A stretch of DNA of 64,000 nucleotides, from NCBI GenBank assembly GCA_020628915.1, contig JAHDEI010000001.1:19985-83984 (forward strand), in the 5' to 3' direction. This DNA comes from Minisyncoccota bacterium (GTDB taxonomy: Bacteria > Patescibacteriota > Minisyncoccia > Phycocordibacterales > GCA-2747955). Below the pieces are notes generated by a model. That model searched no databases and was not told the DNA's origin. It saw only the letters and a list, made by a program, of their open reading frames with translations. Below, in pieces: positions 38,101 to 47,258 of this stretch; positions within the stretch are counted from its first letter, which is position 1; each line of letters starts with the position of its first letter. The position numbers were made by a program, and so were the translations under genes.

Positions 38101-41100
38101 ACCAGAATACGTCTACCGCAAAATTTCCAGACGCATCAATTGAACTAATGGTTGGGTCAGGAATGATTCCTCCCCCTGGTGCAGTTGTAACTGAAACCGT
38201 TCCATTTTCTGCTCCGCTACATACCCCTGTTACTTCGGTTGGACTGTTCACTGAGTCACCAGCACTTGGAGTAATTACTGTAGGCCCGGATGGTGCTGTT
38301 GTGTCAACCTCATACTCTTCATCAGCGCCAGACGGAAGATTTGAATCAAGTAATAAACCAAAATTATCGTTGATATCATGTCCTGGATCTATAGCGATCC
38401 CCAAGAATCCATTTCCTGTTACATTATTTACAGTCACCAAATATGTTTGCGCATCTACTTCTGTAATACTCTGAACTGTACCAGTAACACTTCCAGTCAA
38501 GTCAACTACAAAATCATCAGTTGTTACGTCGCTTACATCTTCGTTGAATGTAACTTCAAAGCTAACCAATGTGTCACTTGTGGTTGCGGTTGTTGGATTT
38601 GATCTTGTGATGTCAACTACTTCTGGCTTTTGCTCAACAGCAAAAGTTACGTATGAATCATCAGCAATGTCAAGTGCAGCACTAAAGAATGATCCATCAT
38701 CAACCAACTGCGCTCCTGTGTCTGCTCCGTCAAATGTTGTATCAGTACTTTGAACAACCACGGGAATTCCTGCTGGAAAAATAATAGTGCTCGGGACAGC
38801 AAGATGTACCGTTCCGGCATCTAGTGTTTCGCTAAACTGCCAAGTTCTTGCTAGTGCATCCCCTGAAACACCATTGTATGTTCCAGTAAATGTTGTCGCA
38901 GCCCCATCATGTCCTGCCACCAAGTATGTTCCATTTGGTAATACCGTTCTTAGTGGATCATTATTTGCAGATGTAAAATCACTGTCGGTTGAGAGGTACA
39001 AAACCGAATCCGTTTCTTGTGAGTGCGCCACATTCTGCCTAAGCGCTGTAGCATCATCTCGTGCCAACCCAACAATTCCTTGATTGTACGCACTTGTTGA
39101 GGCTGCATATACTGTCGTTGATCCTGTTGAATCAAGATAGTCGTTTGGTAGAGTCAGACCATATTTAATACCGAGATAAGATTCAATACGCTGTAGATTA
39201 ATATCTGCGACCTCAGCGTCATAAACAATTGACTCTGGGATAAACCCGTTAAAGCTATTTGTGCCATCTTGTGCTCCCACGGCAAGTGTTGCGCCATCAA
39301 CATACGAATGAATCGTGTTATCTACTACACCAACGCCATCTACTCTAATAACATTATCTGGTGTTGTGGTTCCGTTTCTTATTACGACCAGAGCAGTCTC
39401 ACCTGCAGTCACTGATCCTCCGGTAATAGTATTTCCGTCATGATCTAGAGTTAGAGCAGCAGCGCCAGATGTAAGGTACATCCCATGCGTTGCTCCCGAC
39501 CCACCACCAATAATTGTCTGTTGGCCAGCATTTGAGTTTTGCTTTACAACCGCAACTTTTGTATATGGATTACTGTCTCCAAGCAAATCTGCTGTGAGTG
39601 TCTCCATGCCTGCAAAAGTAAAATCTGCGCTTGGTTGGAAGTTATTATCTTTTGAATATTCAACATATGTAGGCTGGGCCCCGGTGTTTCCAAATCCATC
39701 ATTGCCTCCTGCGCCGGTATCTACCCATCTACTAATTGCTCCACCATTTGTGACTGTATTTGGTCCATCATCTGCTTTATACCAGACTAACAAGCTCGCC
39801 TCTGTTGCTCCTGGAGCGCTTAGAGTCATAATGGTTGCAGTATCAGAAGTCAAACCAAAGAGAGTAAAATCATCAGCTGGTCCAACTGTTGGGTTCTGAA
39901 AGTCTCCAGCAGAATAATTTGACATATCCCAGGAAACAAAATCAACTTCTCCAGTCATATTTTCCCCAGCTGGGAGTACACGTAGCATATCTGTTGGACC
40001 AAGTAGTAGTGCATTAAACGGCGAAACTCCTCCTAGGTTGTTCCACGTTCCTCCTCCATCTAATGAGTACTGCCAGGTACCAACTCCAGTATCAACCGAG
40101 AAACCAGTAACTGCAATACCGCTATCATTGGCTGTGGGACTTGTGTTAGATGTACCAAGGATCTCTGCAACTGTGTTCCCAGCTGGATTCATATCATTTG
40201 GATCGACGTCGTCAAGTTCCATGATGTCAGTTACCGGGTTCACTACCACATTAATAGTAGCTGTATTGGTAGGGTCTGTAGCTCGTGCAACCCCAAGACC
40301 GTATGATGCTGACCCATCGTTGTTATATCCCGCCGGTGGATCAATCTCAATAGTATTATTAATAATTGCATTTGCTCCCAACTGCCATTCTCCTCCTCCA
40401 AGATTTAGTGCTGGTGGAGTAAAGCCAAATTCATCTGGTACATTAGAGAAAATAATTGGCTCAGGTCCAAACCACTGAATTGACGCTATAAACAAGTTTG
40501 CTCCGTATGAGTTTGCTCCGCTGACATTTTTTTGCTCAAGATCAATTCGTAAAGTATCTTGCCCATCAACATTAATTCGAGTCAGATTCGTAGAGCCTGG
40601 GAAACCATCAGTGAGTGCATTAAAGTCGGCTTTATTACTCACCACTCCTGACTCTGGAAGATCCGTATCTTCATTAAACAGCCTGGTACCCAAATCAAGA
40701 TCAGACCAAGAAACAGTATCTGGTGTTGACGCACGAGTGTTTACCCAGTTACCGCTTGATTTGTCTTCATATACTCCAGGAGAGACTTCTTTATCAATCT
40801 CGACAATAGCACTCATGGTTCCCCAGTTTTCATTATCTGCACTCCCTCCTGTGCGGTTAAATGCAACAATATTGATGAGACCAAGTGAGGCCCCTGATGG
40901 AATGTCCAAATCAAGACAATTTTCGGGTGCAGCTACTGGGTCACAAGTGTCACGCGAGTCCTCTGGACTATTTAAATCAATAGTATCAATACTTGACCCC
41001 AAGAACATGGCTGCTGAAGCCTGTTCTGCCCGTTCATAAAACTCAACTGCGTACTGAGAGATAAAGTTTGATCCTGCTGAGTCTGCAACATCAAATGTTC

Positions 41101-42211
41101 TTTCGATAAATAATTTACCTCCAGACACATAAACGTCAGGAGAATGCGATACATTTGCGTTTGCCACAATGTCTCCAGTTGTTGTAGCCTCTGATCCGAC
41201 AGCAAGCACACCTCCGGTAGTTGGTCCAAACACATCAAGGTCTTCAAATCCGTACGTTACGGTTTGAGCTGGCCCACGTCCTCGCAGGTTTGCAACAAGC
41301 CCAGTTACCTTACTGTAATCATCCCGTGATGGCTGGAACTCCATAATCATTCGAGACAAAATTTTTGACTCAACCCGGAAAGAACCTGATGGGCGCCCTC
41401 CAGATTCAGTGATAACAATATAGTCAGTTCCATCAGGAATATCTACAGAGTCAATAGTTACTCCTGTTCCTGATGCAGCTCCCCCATCAAGCACAATAGA
41501 CTCAATTCCTCGCAACAGTGTTGAGTTGTCAACGCTTGAGAGGTACTCAACTAAGTACGCTGTGTTAACTAGTGTCTGAGTTTGAGTAATAGAGAGCGTT
41601 GAGCCTGAGACATCTACTGTTAATGAGTCTCCTGCTGTATTTGCACCAACCGGTGAGTCCGAGTTTGAAGCTGCACCCAATGCAACTCCTGCCCATGCAT
41701 ACGCTCGATGCGAAGTAGTAAAGAATGGGAATGATAATGATCCACTGTATGTTTCATACGTGGTAGATTTTGGATCAAGGTCAACGGTAGTGTTGATTAA
41801 GATAAAGTCATCGTCATCGTCATCATTTGTTGCGTCAGAATTCGTACCGTAAGCTGTAATACGAATTGCTGTGGTATCTGCAGGAATAGTAAAAGTCTCT
41901 GCAACAGTACACTCGTTTTCAGCGGTGTTGTCTGTGGCTTCACAATAACCAATGTCTGAAGACAGATAATCCGGCAACAAACCTCCGTCAGTGTAGGCCG
42001 CGCCCAACAGATCTTTAAGGTCAAATGACGCACCATTGTCTTCGTTCATCTCAATATCAAAAGGGACGATATAATCTGTACTTGGGGCTGCGTGCGCATA
42101 TGACGGCAGTAGGTCAGCTAATCCATAAAATCCATATGGAAAAAGTGCAAATAGTAAAATAAATAAGGAAATTACCACTTGTCTTAATAAAGGTATTCTA
42201 AAAGCGCTCAT
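35150..42211 (-). CDS. Giant secreted surface protein (2353 aa) with Ig-like repeats, a LamG-like domain and two C-terminal PG_binding_1 domains
   Basis: Signal peptide, then about 8 repeats of the D-x-T-x-P-x-x-P-T-[IV]...C...C Ig-like unit and a LamG/ConA-like block (LLVWYKADDG...GGNDG...). The C-terminus carries two peptidoglycan-binding repeats (...LALDGTYDQDDFEAVKRFQ..., ...GPINTIWDDEIYRSMIDFQ...). Confidence 0.85.
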   Translation of the reverse strand: MSAFRIPLLRQVVISLFILLFALFPYGFYGLADLLPSYAHAAPSTDYIVPFDIEMNEDNGASFDLKDLLGAAYTDGGLLPDYLSSDIGYCEATDNTAENECTVAETFTIPADTTAIRITAYGTNSDATNDDDDDDFILINTTVDLDPKSTTYETYSGSLSFPFFTTSHRAYAWAGVALGAASNSDSPVGANTAGDSLTVDVSGSTLSITQTQTLVNTAYLVEYLSSVDNSTLLRGIESIVLDGGAASGTGVTIDSVDIPDGTDYIVITESGGRPSGSFRVESKILSRMIMEFQPSRDDYSKVTGLVANLRGRGPAQTVTYGFEDLDVFGPTTGGVLAVGSEATTTGDIVANANVSHSPDVYVSGGKLFIERTFDVADSAGSNFISQYAVEFYERAEQASAAMFLGSSIDTIDLNSPEDSRDTCDPVAAPENCLDLDIPSGASLGLINIVAFNRTGGSADNENWGTMSAIVEIDKEVSPGVYEDKSSGNWVNTRASTPDTVSWSDLDLGTRLFNEDTDLPESGVVSNKADFNALTDGFPGSTNLTRINVDGQDTLRIDLEQKNVSGANSYGANLFIASIQWFGPEPIIFSNVPDEFGFTPPALNLGGGEWQLGANAIINNTIEIDPPAGYNNDGSASYGLGVARATDPTNTATINVVVNPVTDIMELDDVDPNDMNPAGNTVAEILGTSNTSPTANDSGIAVTGFSVDTGVGTWQYSLDGGGTWNNLGGVSPFNALLLGPTDMLRVLPAGENMTGEVDFVSWDMSNYSAGDFQNPTVGPADDFTLFGLTSDTATIMTLSAPGATEASLLVWYKADDGPNTVTNGGAISRWVDTGAGGNDGFGNTGAQPTYVEYSKDNNFQPSADFTFAGMETLTADLLGDSNPYTKVAVVKQNSNAGQQTIIGGGSGATHGMYLTSGAAALTLDHDGNTITGGSVTAGETALVVIRNGTTTPDNVIRVDGVGVVDNTIHSYVDGATLAVGAQDGTNSFNGFIPESIVYDAEVADINLQRIESYLGIKYGLTLPNDYLDSTGSTTVYAASTSAYNQGIVGLARDDATALRQNVAHSQETDSVLYLSTDSDFTSANNDPLRTVLPNGTYLVAGHDGAATTFTGTYNGVSGDALARTWQFSETLDAGTVHLAVPSTIIFPAGIPVVVQSTDTTFDGADTGAQLVDDGSFFSAALDIADDSYVTFAVEQKPEVVDITRSNPTTATTSDTLVSFEVTFNEDVSDVTTDDFVVDLTGSVTGTVQSITEVDAQTYLVTVNNVTGNGFLGIAIDPGHDINDNFGLLLDSNLPSGADEEYEVDTTAPSGPTVITPSAGDSVNSPTEVTGVCSGAENGTVSVTTAPGGGIIPDPTISSIDASGNFAVDVFWSGVANGNTYDLLVTCIDAAGNTSVTTTVSGISPDLVAPQVQLEQSGVQSDPTYLQAAQFIVTFSEEVDGSTVEVTDFDLSASTAAGVAVSSVSEISPFDGTTYKLTITSTGDGDIQVSLPAGTVQDLAGNLNAGSLSIDNVVTVDTNPPAAPTVNEPVSGATVNSPTNVEIVCNEPDEIITISNSNIIPNPTTYTCTAAGPQDVSVDWADGTSGSTTLSVTLTDPAGNVSPMTDVAVSVDLDDPGVAVEQKVDQTDPTNVNSLTWTITFSEPINETTFDVSDLVLSAFPSGSIAGLTVNGPTEVAPNDDTTYEVEVTGVTDGDAVTLSIPVGVVEDLSGNLNTTSVSTDNQISYDGTAPSAITVDSPTTGSAIGNPTEVFGACEPGSTVVIANSDIQGSPIEVVCDASGMYSVDILWESGTSGSTTIDVYEEDAAGNQSSTISVPVTVDLDPPTTPTITFPSNGGTTDGTVEGVGTPGDTIDVLISPGGQVCQTTVQPDGTWSCDVAPPLVSPGDEGPLFITATATDNAGNMSGPDTVFATGDVTSPSDPTISDPDGSTNVSNPTTVSGTCESNGTVTISNPNIIPDPTEVACTASGTYTTDVLWDAAADGATSTLDVSVTDEAGNTSGTTSVDVFVDLTGPAAPTGISPSTATNNTSLPITGVCEPGSLVTIYGPGIIPDPKTESCTASSTFAAYVQFTDVGTTTVSVIQTDEAGNSSPATSHDVVVSPRISSGGGSSVRFVCKDPAAINYKTYGRHKQSRCEYPEDSSLESVENTETIIPTLTQSTLSVCEPYLTETIALGRSNNPVEVNKLITFLNNHEGEALALDGTYDQDDFEAVKRFQSKYSSSVLEVWGLTQPTGYVYLTTRMKINSFNCNKSLECPVFREFNGRTQNTNSVEVQRTKVFMTELGFYNGPINTIWDDEIYRSMIDFQETFSATMLKPWGLTKGTGYKYKTTNKFMNEMVGCPIGEILLENGVSVSY

Positions 42212-42364
42212 AAATAAAACTACAATGATTTAATAAAACCTGCAGAGTTCCTCAAACCACAAAGAACGTGCATACTACAAGATATAATTATTATGGAATG
42301 TTTATTTAAAATTTTCCAGCAAGTTATCCATAGATAGACAAAAAATAATAAATGTTAATTTAAT

Positions 42365-42392
42365 AAAAAACACCGCCCTGCGGTGTTTTTTA
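42365..42392. terminator. Terminator hairpin; copy 2 of the identical 28-nt repeat
   Basis: Identical to 35108-35135. It lies just past the stop of the small gene at 42390-42590 and upstream of the giant gene's promoter region. Confidence 0.7.
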
Positions 42393-42590
42393 TTGCCCAA
42401 ACTCTGCCTCCAGTCGCTTGTCGGTCGCTGAGCCGTATAAATCAGTCACCTCTCTTGCTGTCTCTATTTGTTGAACCGCATCTGTATTTACATACGAATC
42501 AACAGGGTCTTCTCCTGCCATGTAATACCAGGCGCCATACAAAACGCCAATCACTATTAATGATGCAATAATTGCCTTCATATATATCAT
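42390..42590 (-). CDS. Hypothetical small membrane-anchored protein
   Basis: A 66-aa protein with an N-terminal TM helix. Confidence 0.4.
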   Translation of the reverse strand: MIYMKAIIASLIVIGVLYGAWYYMAGEDPVDSYVNTDAVQQIETAREVTDLYGSATDKRLEAEFGQ

Positions 42591-42594
42591 CCTA

Positions 42595-42867
42595 TCACAC
42601 CCCGCGCTTTATTAGATTTAGTTTTGCCCGCCTGCCAAGTTTCTTTATTTTTCGCTCCCTTCTGTGTGCATCTCCATAACTATCATACTCTTCTGAGTAA
42701 ACCAAAGTCACTGGCCTCCTGCTTTCGGTATATTTAGCACCCTTGTTTGGCCCCAACCCGTTATGTTCCCCTATTCTGCGGGGGATATCTTTTGTCAACC
42801 CTGTATACAGTGTCTTATCAGCGCATCGCGCGATATATACGTATGTGACTTCTTCTGGTGTGCTCAC
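42595..42867 (-). CDS. GIY-YIG nuclease family protein (UPF0213-like)
   Basis: VTYVYIARCADKTLYTGLTKDIPRRIGEHN matches the GIY-YIG motif. Confidence 0.75.
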   Translation of the reverse strand: MSTPEEVTYVYIARCADKTLYTGLTKDIPRRIGEHNGLGPNKGAKYTESRRPVTLVYSEEYDSYGDAHRRERKIKKLGRRAKLNLIKRGV

Positions 42868-42871
42868 AAAC

Positions 42872-44152
42872 TTATCTATTTATAAATTTTCTCGTCGAAG
42901 GACCAAAGTACCCTGTCCCACTAGACAATCCAACAGGCACAAGGATATCTGATCGATAAAAATTCTGTAAACGTACTAAAGCTTGTTTTGTCCGTGTTCC
43001 AAAATATGTAGTCTCATTCCCGACAGAGCCTGCCCCCTCTTCTGAAACAGTGAATCCATATGCATTAAGAAGTTTTTGTAGCTCTCGTACATCTTCACCT
43101 CTTGATCCAATAGTCAGGCTGCGAGTAAAATTAAATTTTGGCCCAGTTGTATCAAGTATTCCTCTCACTCCAGGTAAGATTCCGGTCGTTGGATCCAGGT
43201 CTACCAAATCGAATATTTTTCGAGAATTTGGCCTTACCAGTTTGAACGAATCTCTACTCGTTAGATACACATCGTTGTCACTATTCTTTGGTTCAAAAAT
43301 TACCTCTTGTCGGACAATCCATTTCCCTGCTGCATCATATGATACAAGAGAAGGTGTTTGTTTTAAGAAGTCTTGATCAACGATGTCTGCGTATATTGTG
43401 TCCACCCCGGGGATATACCAAGCCCTGTCTCCCAACATATACAAATCAAACGTCATGGTAGGCATTGCACTCTTGAGAGTCCTCATGGGTAATTGTGGTT
43501 TGTCTGTCGCAAAAGAGATCTCAATTGGTGAGAGTTCGCCAAAGAAAATCGGTGGAGCGATCCGGAGATCAACATTCTCTTCTGCTGCTTTTAGAAAGAT
43601 AGGAATTTGTGACATATCTACCTTGAGTGCAATAAAGTGGAACCCAGGCTTTGAAACATAATATTCCATTTTTTCTTCATCAGCGTCTCCGAATGCAAAA
43701 TCATTCTCTTCAAGCCAGTCAATCAAGTCTCCGGAATCAGTTGCTGTCAAAACAGTAACATCAAAATCCCCCACTTGTTTTTCTTCAACCACCGTTACTG
43801 ACTGATTTTTTGTTGTGGCAACAAATGCATCTGCACTTTCAGCTGCTAATGGCACAGGCTGCCAAGGGTTTGTTGCATTATTGAGCTCTTCGAAAATTCT
43901 TTCTGGCGCTTGGTTAATTTCTGGCTTTGATGGAGTTGGAAAAACAATTGCAAACTCTTTGGCGTCTCCACGAAATTCAGGTCGCAAGATATTAGTTTGG
44001 ATTCCATCATTATATGTAACCAAAATTTCCGTTGCATTTAATGGTTCAAATAACCTCTCTTGCGGAACGATTCCCCACGTGCAAAACCCATATGCAACAG
44101 AAAACGATCCAAAATATATTAGTACTCCCAAAAGTCCTACTTTTTTAAACAT
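42872..44152 (-). CDS. DUF2330-type secreted protein with a C-terminal PG_binding_1 domain
   Basis: Signal/TM segment, then a large extracytoplasmic domain. The C-terminal ...GEDVRELQKLLNAYGF...TKQALVRLQNFY... is a peptidoglycan-binding repeat. Confidence 0.55.
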   Translation of the reverse strand: MFKKVGLLGVLIYFGSFSVAYGFCTWGIVPQERLFEPLNATEILVTYNDGIQTNILRPEFRGDAKEFAIVFPTPSKPEINQAPERIFEELNNATNPWQPVPLAAESADAFVATTKNQSVTVVEEKQVGDFDVTVLTATDSGDLIDWLEENDFAFGDADEEKMEYYVSKPGFHFIALKVDMSQIPIFLKAAEENVDLRIAPPIFFGELSPIEISFATDKPQLPMRTLKSAMPTMTFDLYMLGDRAWYIPGVDTIYADIVDQDFLKQTPSLVSYDAAGKWIVRQEVIFEPKNSDNDVYLTSRDSFKLVRPNSRKIFDLVDLDPTTGILPGVRGILDTTGPKFNFTRSLTIGSRGEDVRELQKLLNAYGFTVSEEGAGSVGNETTYFGTRTKQALVRLQNFYRSDILVPVGLSSGTGYFGPSTRKFINR

Positions 44153-44223
44153 AAGCCAAGAATTAATGATTAATGTTTTAATTATACACATAAAAAAGCG
44201 ACGGCATTCCGTCGCTTAGATGG

Positions 44224-44751
44224 CTAGAGCAAACCACACTCCTTAGCTGTATCAACAAAAAAATGTCGTTGAATAATTGCATCATCAAGAGCATGGTGTG
44301 GTAACACGTATATCAGAGGATTCATTTTCCCAAATCTGGACCAAGAACAAAACCCCTTATGACCAAACGGTAAACGCACGCCATACTTTGAAGCACACAG
44401 TTGGATAAACATCCAATCAAACCCCACGTTATACGCCACAAACAGCGGATCGTATTGAGAATCAATTACTTCCCTGCTCCATTCAGCAAACATGGTTATC
44501 GCCTGCTTTGGATCAACGCCCTCATCTTTGAGGCGTTCGAAGCCAAGCTTATTAACGCTCATTGCGTTTGGGCAATAATGATCTATATCAGGCTTAAGCT
44601 CGACATAAAATTTCTCTTGTACGTCTGAAATAAGACATGCTCCGATAGACAGCAAAGAGTACGTTAATATTTCAGGTCCGGCCATTTCACCATCGGTAGA
44701 AATGCCGCGTTCAAAAATATTCTGAGGTAGTGGTTTTTGTTTTGTGGTCAC
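44224..44751 (-). CDS. DEDDh-type 3'-5' exonuclease domain protein
   Basis: ...ISTDGEMAGP... (Exo I-like) and ...LPHHALDDAII... (Exo III with His). Confidence 0.6.
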   Translation of the reverse strand: MTTKQKPLPQNIFERGISTDGEMAGPEILTYSLLSIGACLISDVQEKFYVELKPDIDHYCPNAMSVNKLGFERLKDEGVDPKQAITMFAEWSREVIDSQYDPLFVAYNVGFDWMFIQLCASKYGVRLPFGHKGFCSWSRFGKMNPLIYVLPHHALDDAIIQRHFFVDTAKECGLL

Positions 44752-44893
44752 GTGACCCTCCTTTCAAAGAACAACAAATTAAAGTAGTTTCTTTAAGACA
44801 AACTTAAAGTGATTACTCCAATATACAATGAATTCCTGTTTCTTGCAATATACTGTATACTTGCAACTAGTTGAAATTTAAAAGGAGTCATCG

Positions 44894-45730
44894 ATGACTA
44901 AAATTAATCTTGGTGATAAGTTCTACTCAGTTGACGACAAAGGCTTGGTCACCGTCGGCATGGTTGGAGAAATATCATTAAAGCGTAATGTGAGCAAAAC
45001 TTCGCTTTTATTTTCAAATCCATACGAAACCGACCACGATATTACCTACAAAATATATGGCAAGCATGGACCCAATCACTTTACCGAACCAACGGAGGCA
45101 ATTGCCGAGGCGACCAAGATATTAAGAAAAATCTTACAAAGAGGTCTGGACTCAAAAAAATTAGAAGAAGATCTTCGGTTGCGCCTTGAGCGCTATGAGA
45201 ATTCTCAGGGCGCTGTTGTTTCTGAACTGCTGGAGGTAAAAACGGTTATTAAAAAAAGTATTCCCTTGGTTGTCTCAAGAAATAATATTACTCGCTATGA
45301 TATGTCTACTGTTCCGACAGAATATTTCTATCCTGGGACTCGCGTTTGGGGAATTGTAACTCCTCGTACACATTTCATGACAACGCCAAGAATTTTCCCT
45401 GATACCTTGTATTTTATATTAGATACAGTAATCGAGAGTGCTTCACTAACACAACAAGGCACAAAAGTATCATACCGGACCTTCGGTAGCCGAAGCGTCA
45501 AGCCACGTGATAATCTACTTTGTTTGGACTTAGAAACTGCGCAGAAAAGGATGCAAGAAATTTTCCGTGAACAAACTCCCGGAGAAATTCGAGATGTTTC
45601 TAAAATCCCGATTCTCACAAAGGAGGACGTGGCTGAAGCTGAACGAAAACGCACGGATGCCATCATAAAAAGTAGTACTGCGCTACTTGAAAAAGAGCGC
45701 AGGCTCGGACTCGAGCCTGATCACTCTTAA
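44894..45730 (+). CDS. Hypothetical protein
   Basis: AAAAGGAG RBS and a downstream terminator (aaacccagcatctcgctgggtttt). Confidence 0.5.
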   Translation: MTKINLGDKFYSVDDKGLVTVGMVGEISLKRNVSKTSLLFSNPYETDHDITYKIYGKHGPNHFTEPTEAIAEATKILRKILQRGLDSKKLEEDLRLRLERYENSQGAVVSELLEVKTVIKKSIPLVVSRNNITRYDMSTVPTEYFYPGTRVWGIVTPRTHFMTTPRIFPDTLYFILDTVIESASLTQQGTKVSYRTFGSRSVKPRDNLLCLDLETAQKRMQEIFREQTPGEIRDVSKIPILTKEDVAEAERKRTDAIIKSSTALLEKERRLGLEPDHS

Positions 45731-45762
45731 AAATAAACCCAGCATCTCGCTGGGTTTTATCT

Positions 45763-46596
45763 TTATTCAAAATCTTCTTTTGTTTTTGTGAGCGGTTTGT
45801 GCTCTCCAAAGAGTTCAGCCAAGTTCCCTCCCGCTTCCTCCAAATCAAATTGATCTTCGGTCACTTTGCTATCAAGTTTTTCAAAAATACCTGCCGCAAG
45901 TAACCCTGTTGGAACCGAATATTCAAACGACTCATCAAATGGAATTTCTGGAATATAACGATTGAAGTCGAACAAATTTTGCCAAATGTTTGTCTTTTTT
46001 AAATCAAAGCCTAACTCGGTGAGCTCGAGCAATGCTGCTTCTGAATCATAGACACCTGCGATGAGCACTTGTTTGTTTTCTAATTGTGCAAGGTACGTAC
46101 GTAGTTGTTCCTGACCAGAAAGAGAAAATAGGTCGAGCTCTGACATAGTTTGCAAGAACTGTGTCTCCTGCCCAGTAACGTAAAATAAATAGGAAGTGTC
46201 GCCGTTTGCAAAAATACACAAACGCCTGGTGTTTATATCAAACGGTACAAAAATGTACCTAAAAAGGTCATGAGTTGGTTTGAATACAACATCAGTAAAA
46301 CCTACTACAGAAAGAGTTTCTTGTTTTCGTTGTTCCGCGGCACGAATAACAACGCGGGCTTTTGGATGAACAAATCTTCGTAGCTCTTTCAGTACGGCGA
46401 TGAACTCAACTCTTTTTTTGATTTCTCCGTTCTTTACCACATCAAACGGGATGGTGATGTGCCCAAAAGCAGAGAGACTGAGAACACCCTTCTTATTTTC
46501 TACCTCAACGTACCGAATAGTTCTATCTGAAAAAGATATACCAGCCGTATACCGAGGCGAGCTTTGTATTTTTTCTTGTATATGTGGCAATAACAT
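45763..46596 (-). CDS. PilM-like actin-fold protein (short)
   Basis: An N-terminal ...AGISFSDRTIRYVEVENKKGVLSLSAFGHITIPFDVVKNGEI... pattern that resembles type IV pilus PilM. Confidence 0.45.
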   Translation of the reverse strand: MLLPHIQEKIQSSPRYTAGISFSDRTIRYVEVENKKGVLSLSAFGHITIPFDVVKNGEIKKRVEFIAVLKELRRFVHPKARVVIRAAEQRKQETLSVVGFTDVVFKPTHDLFRYIFVPFDINTRRLCIFANGDTSYLFYVTGQETQFLQTMSELDLFSLSGQEQLRTYLAQLENKQVLIAGVYDSEAALLELTELGFDLKKTNIWQNLFDFNRYIPEIPFDESFEYSVPTGLLAAGIFEKLDSKVTEDQFDLEEAGGNLAELFGEHKPLTKTKEDFE

Positions 46597-46628
46597 AACG
46601 CGTTCGTTTCCTAATGGTACACGAAATT

Positions 46629-47258
46629 TTAGAAAAGTTTAATGGCAATAACAACAAGAGCCAAAAGTAGAACTCCTGAAAAAAGCATGACGTTTTTTAA
46701 AACTGCTTCAAGCGCAGCAACACCAAATTTCCTCCCTACCCACAAAGAAACACCGTACCTGATAATGCGACCAAAGAAAGCGCCAAGCAAGTACATCACA
46801 ATGGATGCTCCGAAGACTCCAAGTCCAATCGAGAGTGGCGTCAAAGGCATTGGTAGCGAACCAGCTGCTGAGGTAAAAGCAAGGACAAATGCCCCCCTGC
46901 TGAGCAACCCTTCAACAGACGCAATTGTGTCTGCTCCAAATACATTCCCGATAATTCCCAATGTCCCACCACTGATTGCAACACCAATACCAAACGTAAT
47001 CGCGTATCCAAGCAAACTAACGGTTGTAATTAGCAGCGTCAAAAGCCAAAGTGGCAATTTTCTGTTTTTTGCCGCATAAGCAGCCAAAAAGATTTCCATC
47101 GGAATAAAAAGCAAGAAAGCATCAAGAATCACAAACAAACAAAGTGCGTATAATGCGTACTGTGAATCAATCGCTCGTTCAAAAAAACGATACATCCTTG
47201 TCTCTTTTAATTCATCAAATGATTCTTCGAGAATTGTTTTCTTTACAATTTCGGTCAT
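46629..47258 (-). CDS. DedA/YqaA family membrane protein
   Basis: ...LDAFLLFIPMEIFL... and multiple TM helices. Confidence 0.6.
   Translation of the reverse strand: MTEIVKKTILEESFDELKETRMYRFFERAIDSQYALYALCLFVILDAFLLFIPMEIFLAAYAAKNRKLPLWLLTLLITTVSLLGYAITFGIGVAISGGTLGIIGNVFGADTIASVEGLLSRGAFVLAFTSAAGSLPMPLTPLSIGLGVFGASIVMYLLGAFFGRIIRYGVSLWVGRKFGVAALEAVLKNVMLFSGVLLLALVVIAIKLF

Noticed and set aside
35643-38753. Several + strand ORFs of 65-235 aa (for example 36084-36791 and 37053-37757) inside the giant minus-strand gene.
   Set aside because: They are antisense to a long, clearly coding repeat-rich ORF. Their S/T/V/P-rich composition mirrors that ORF, they have no RBSs, and they are shadow frames.
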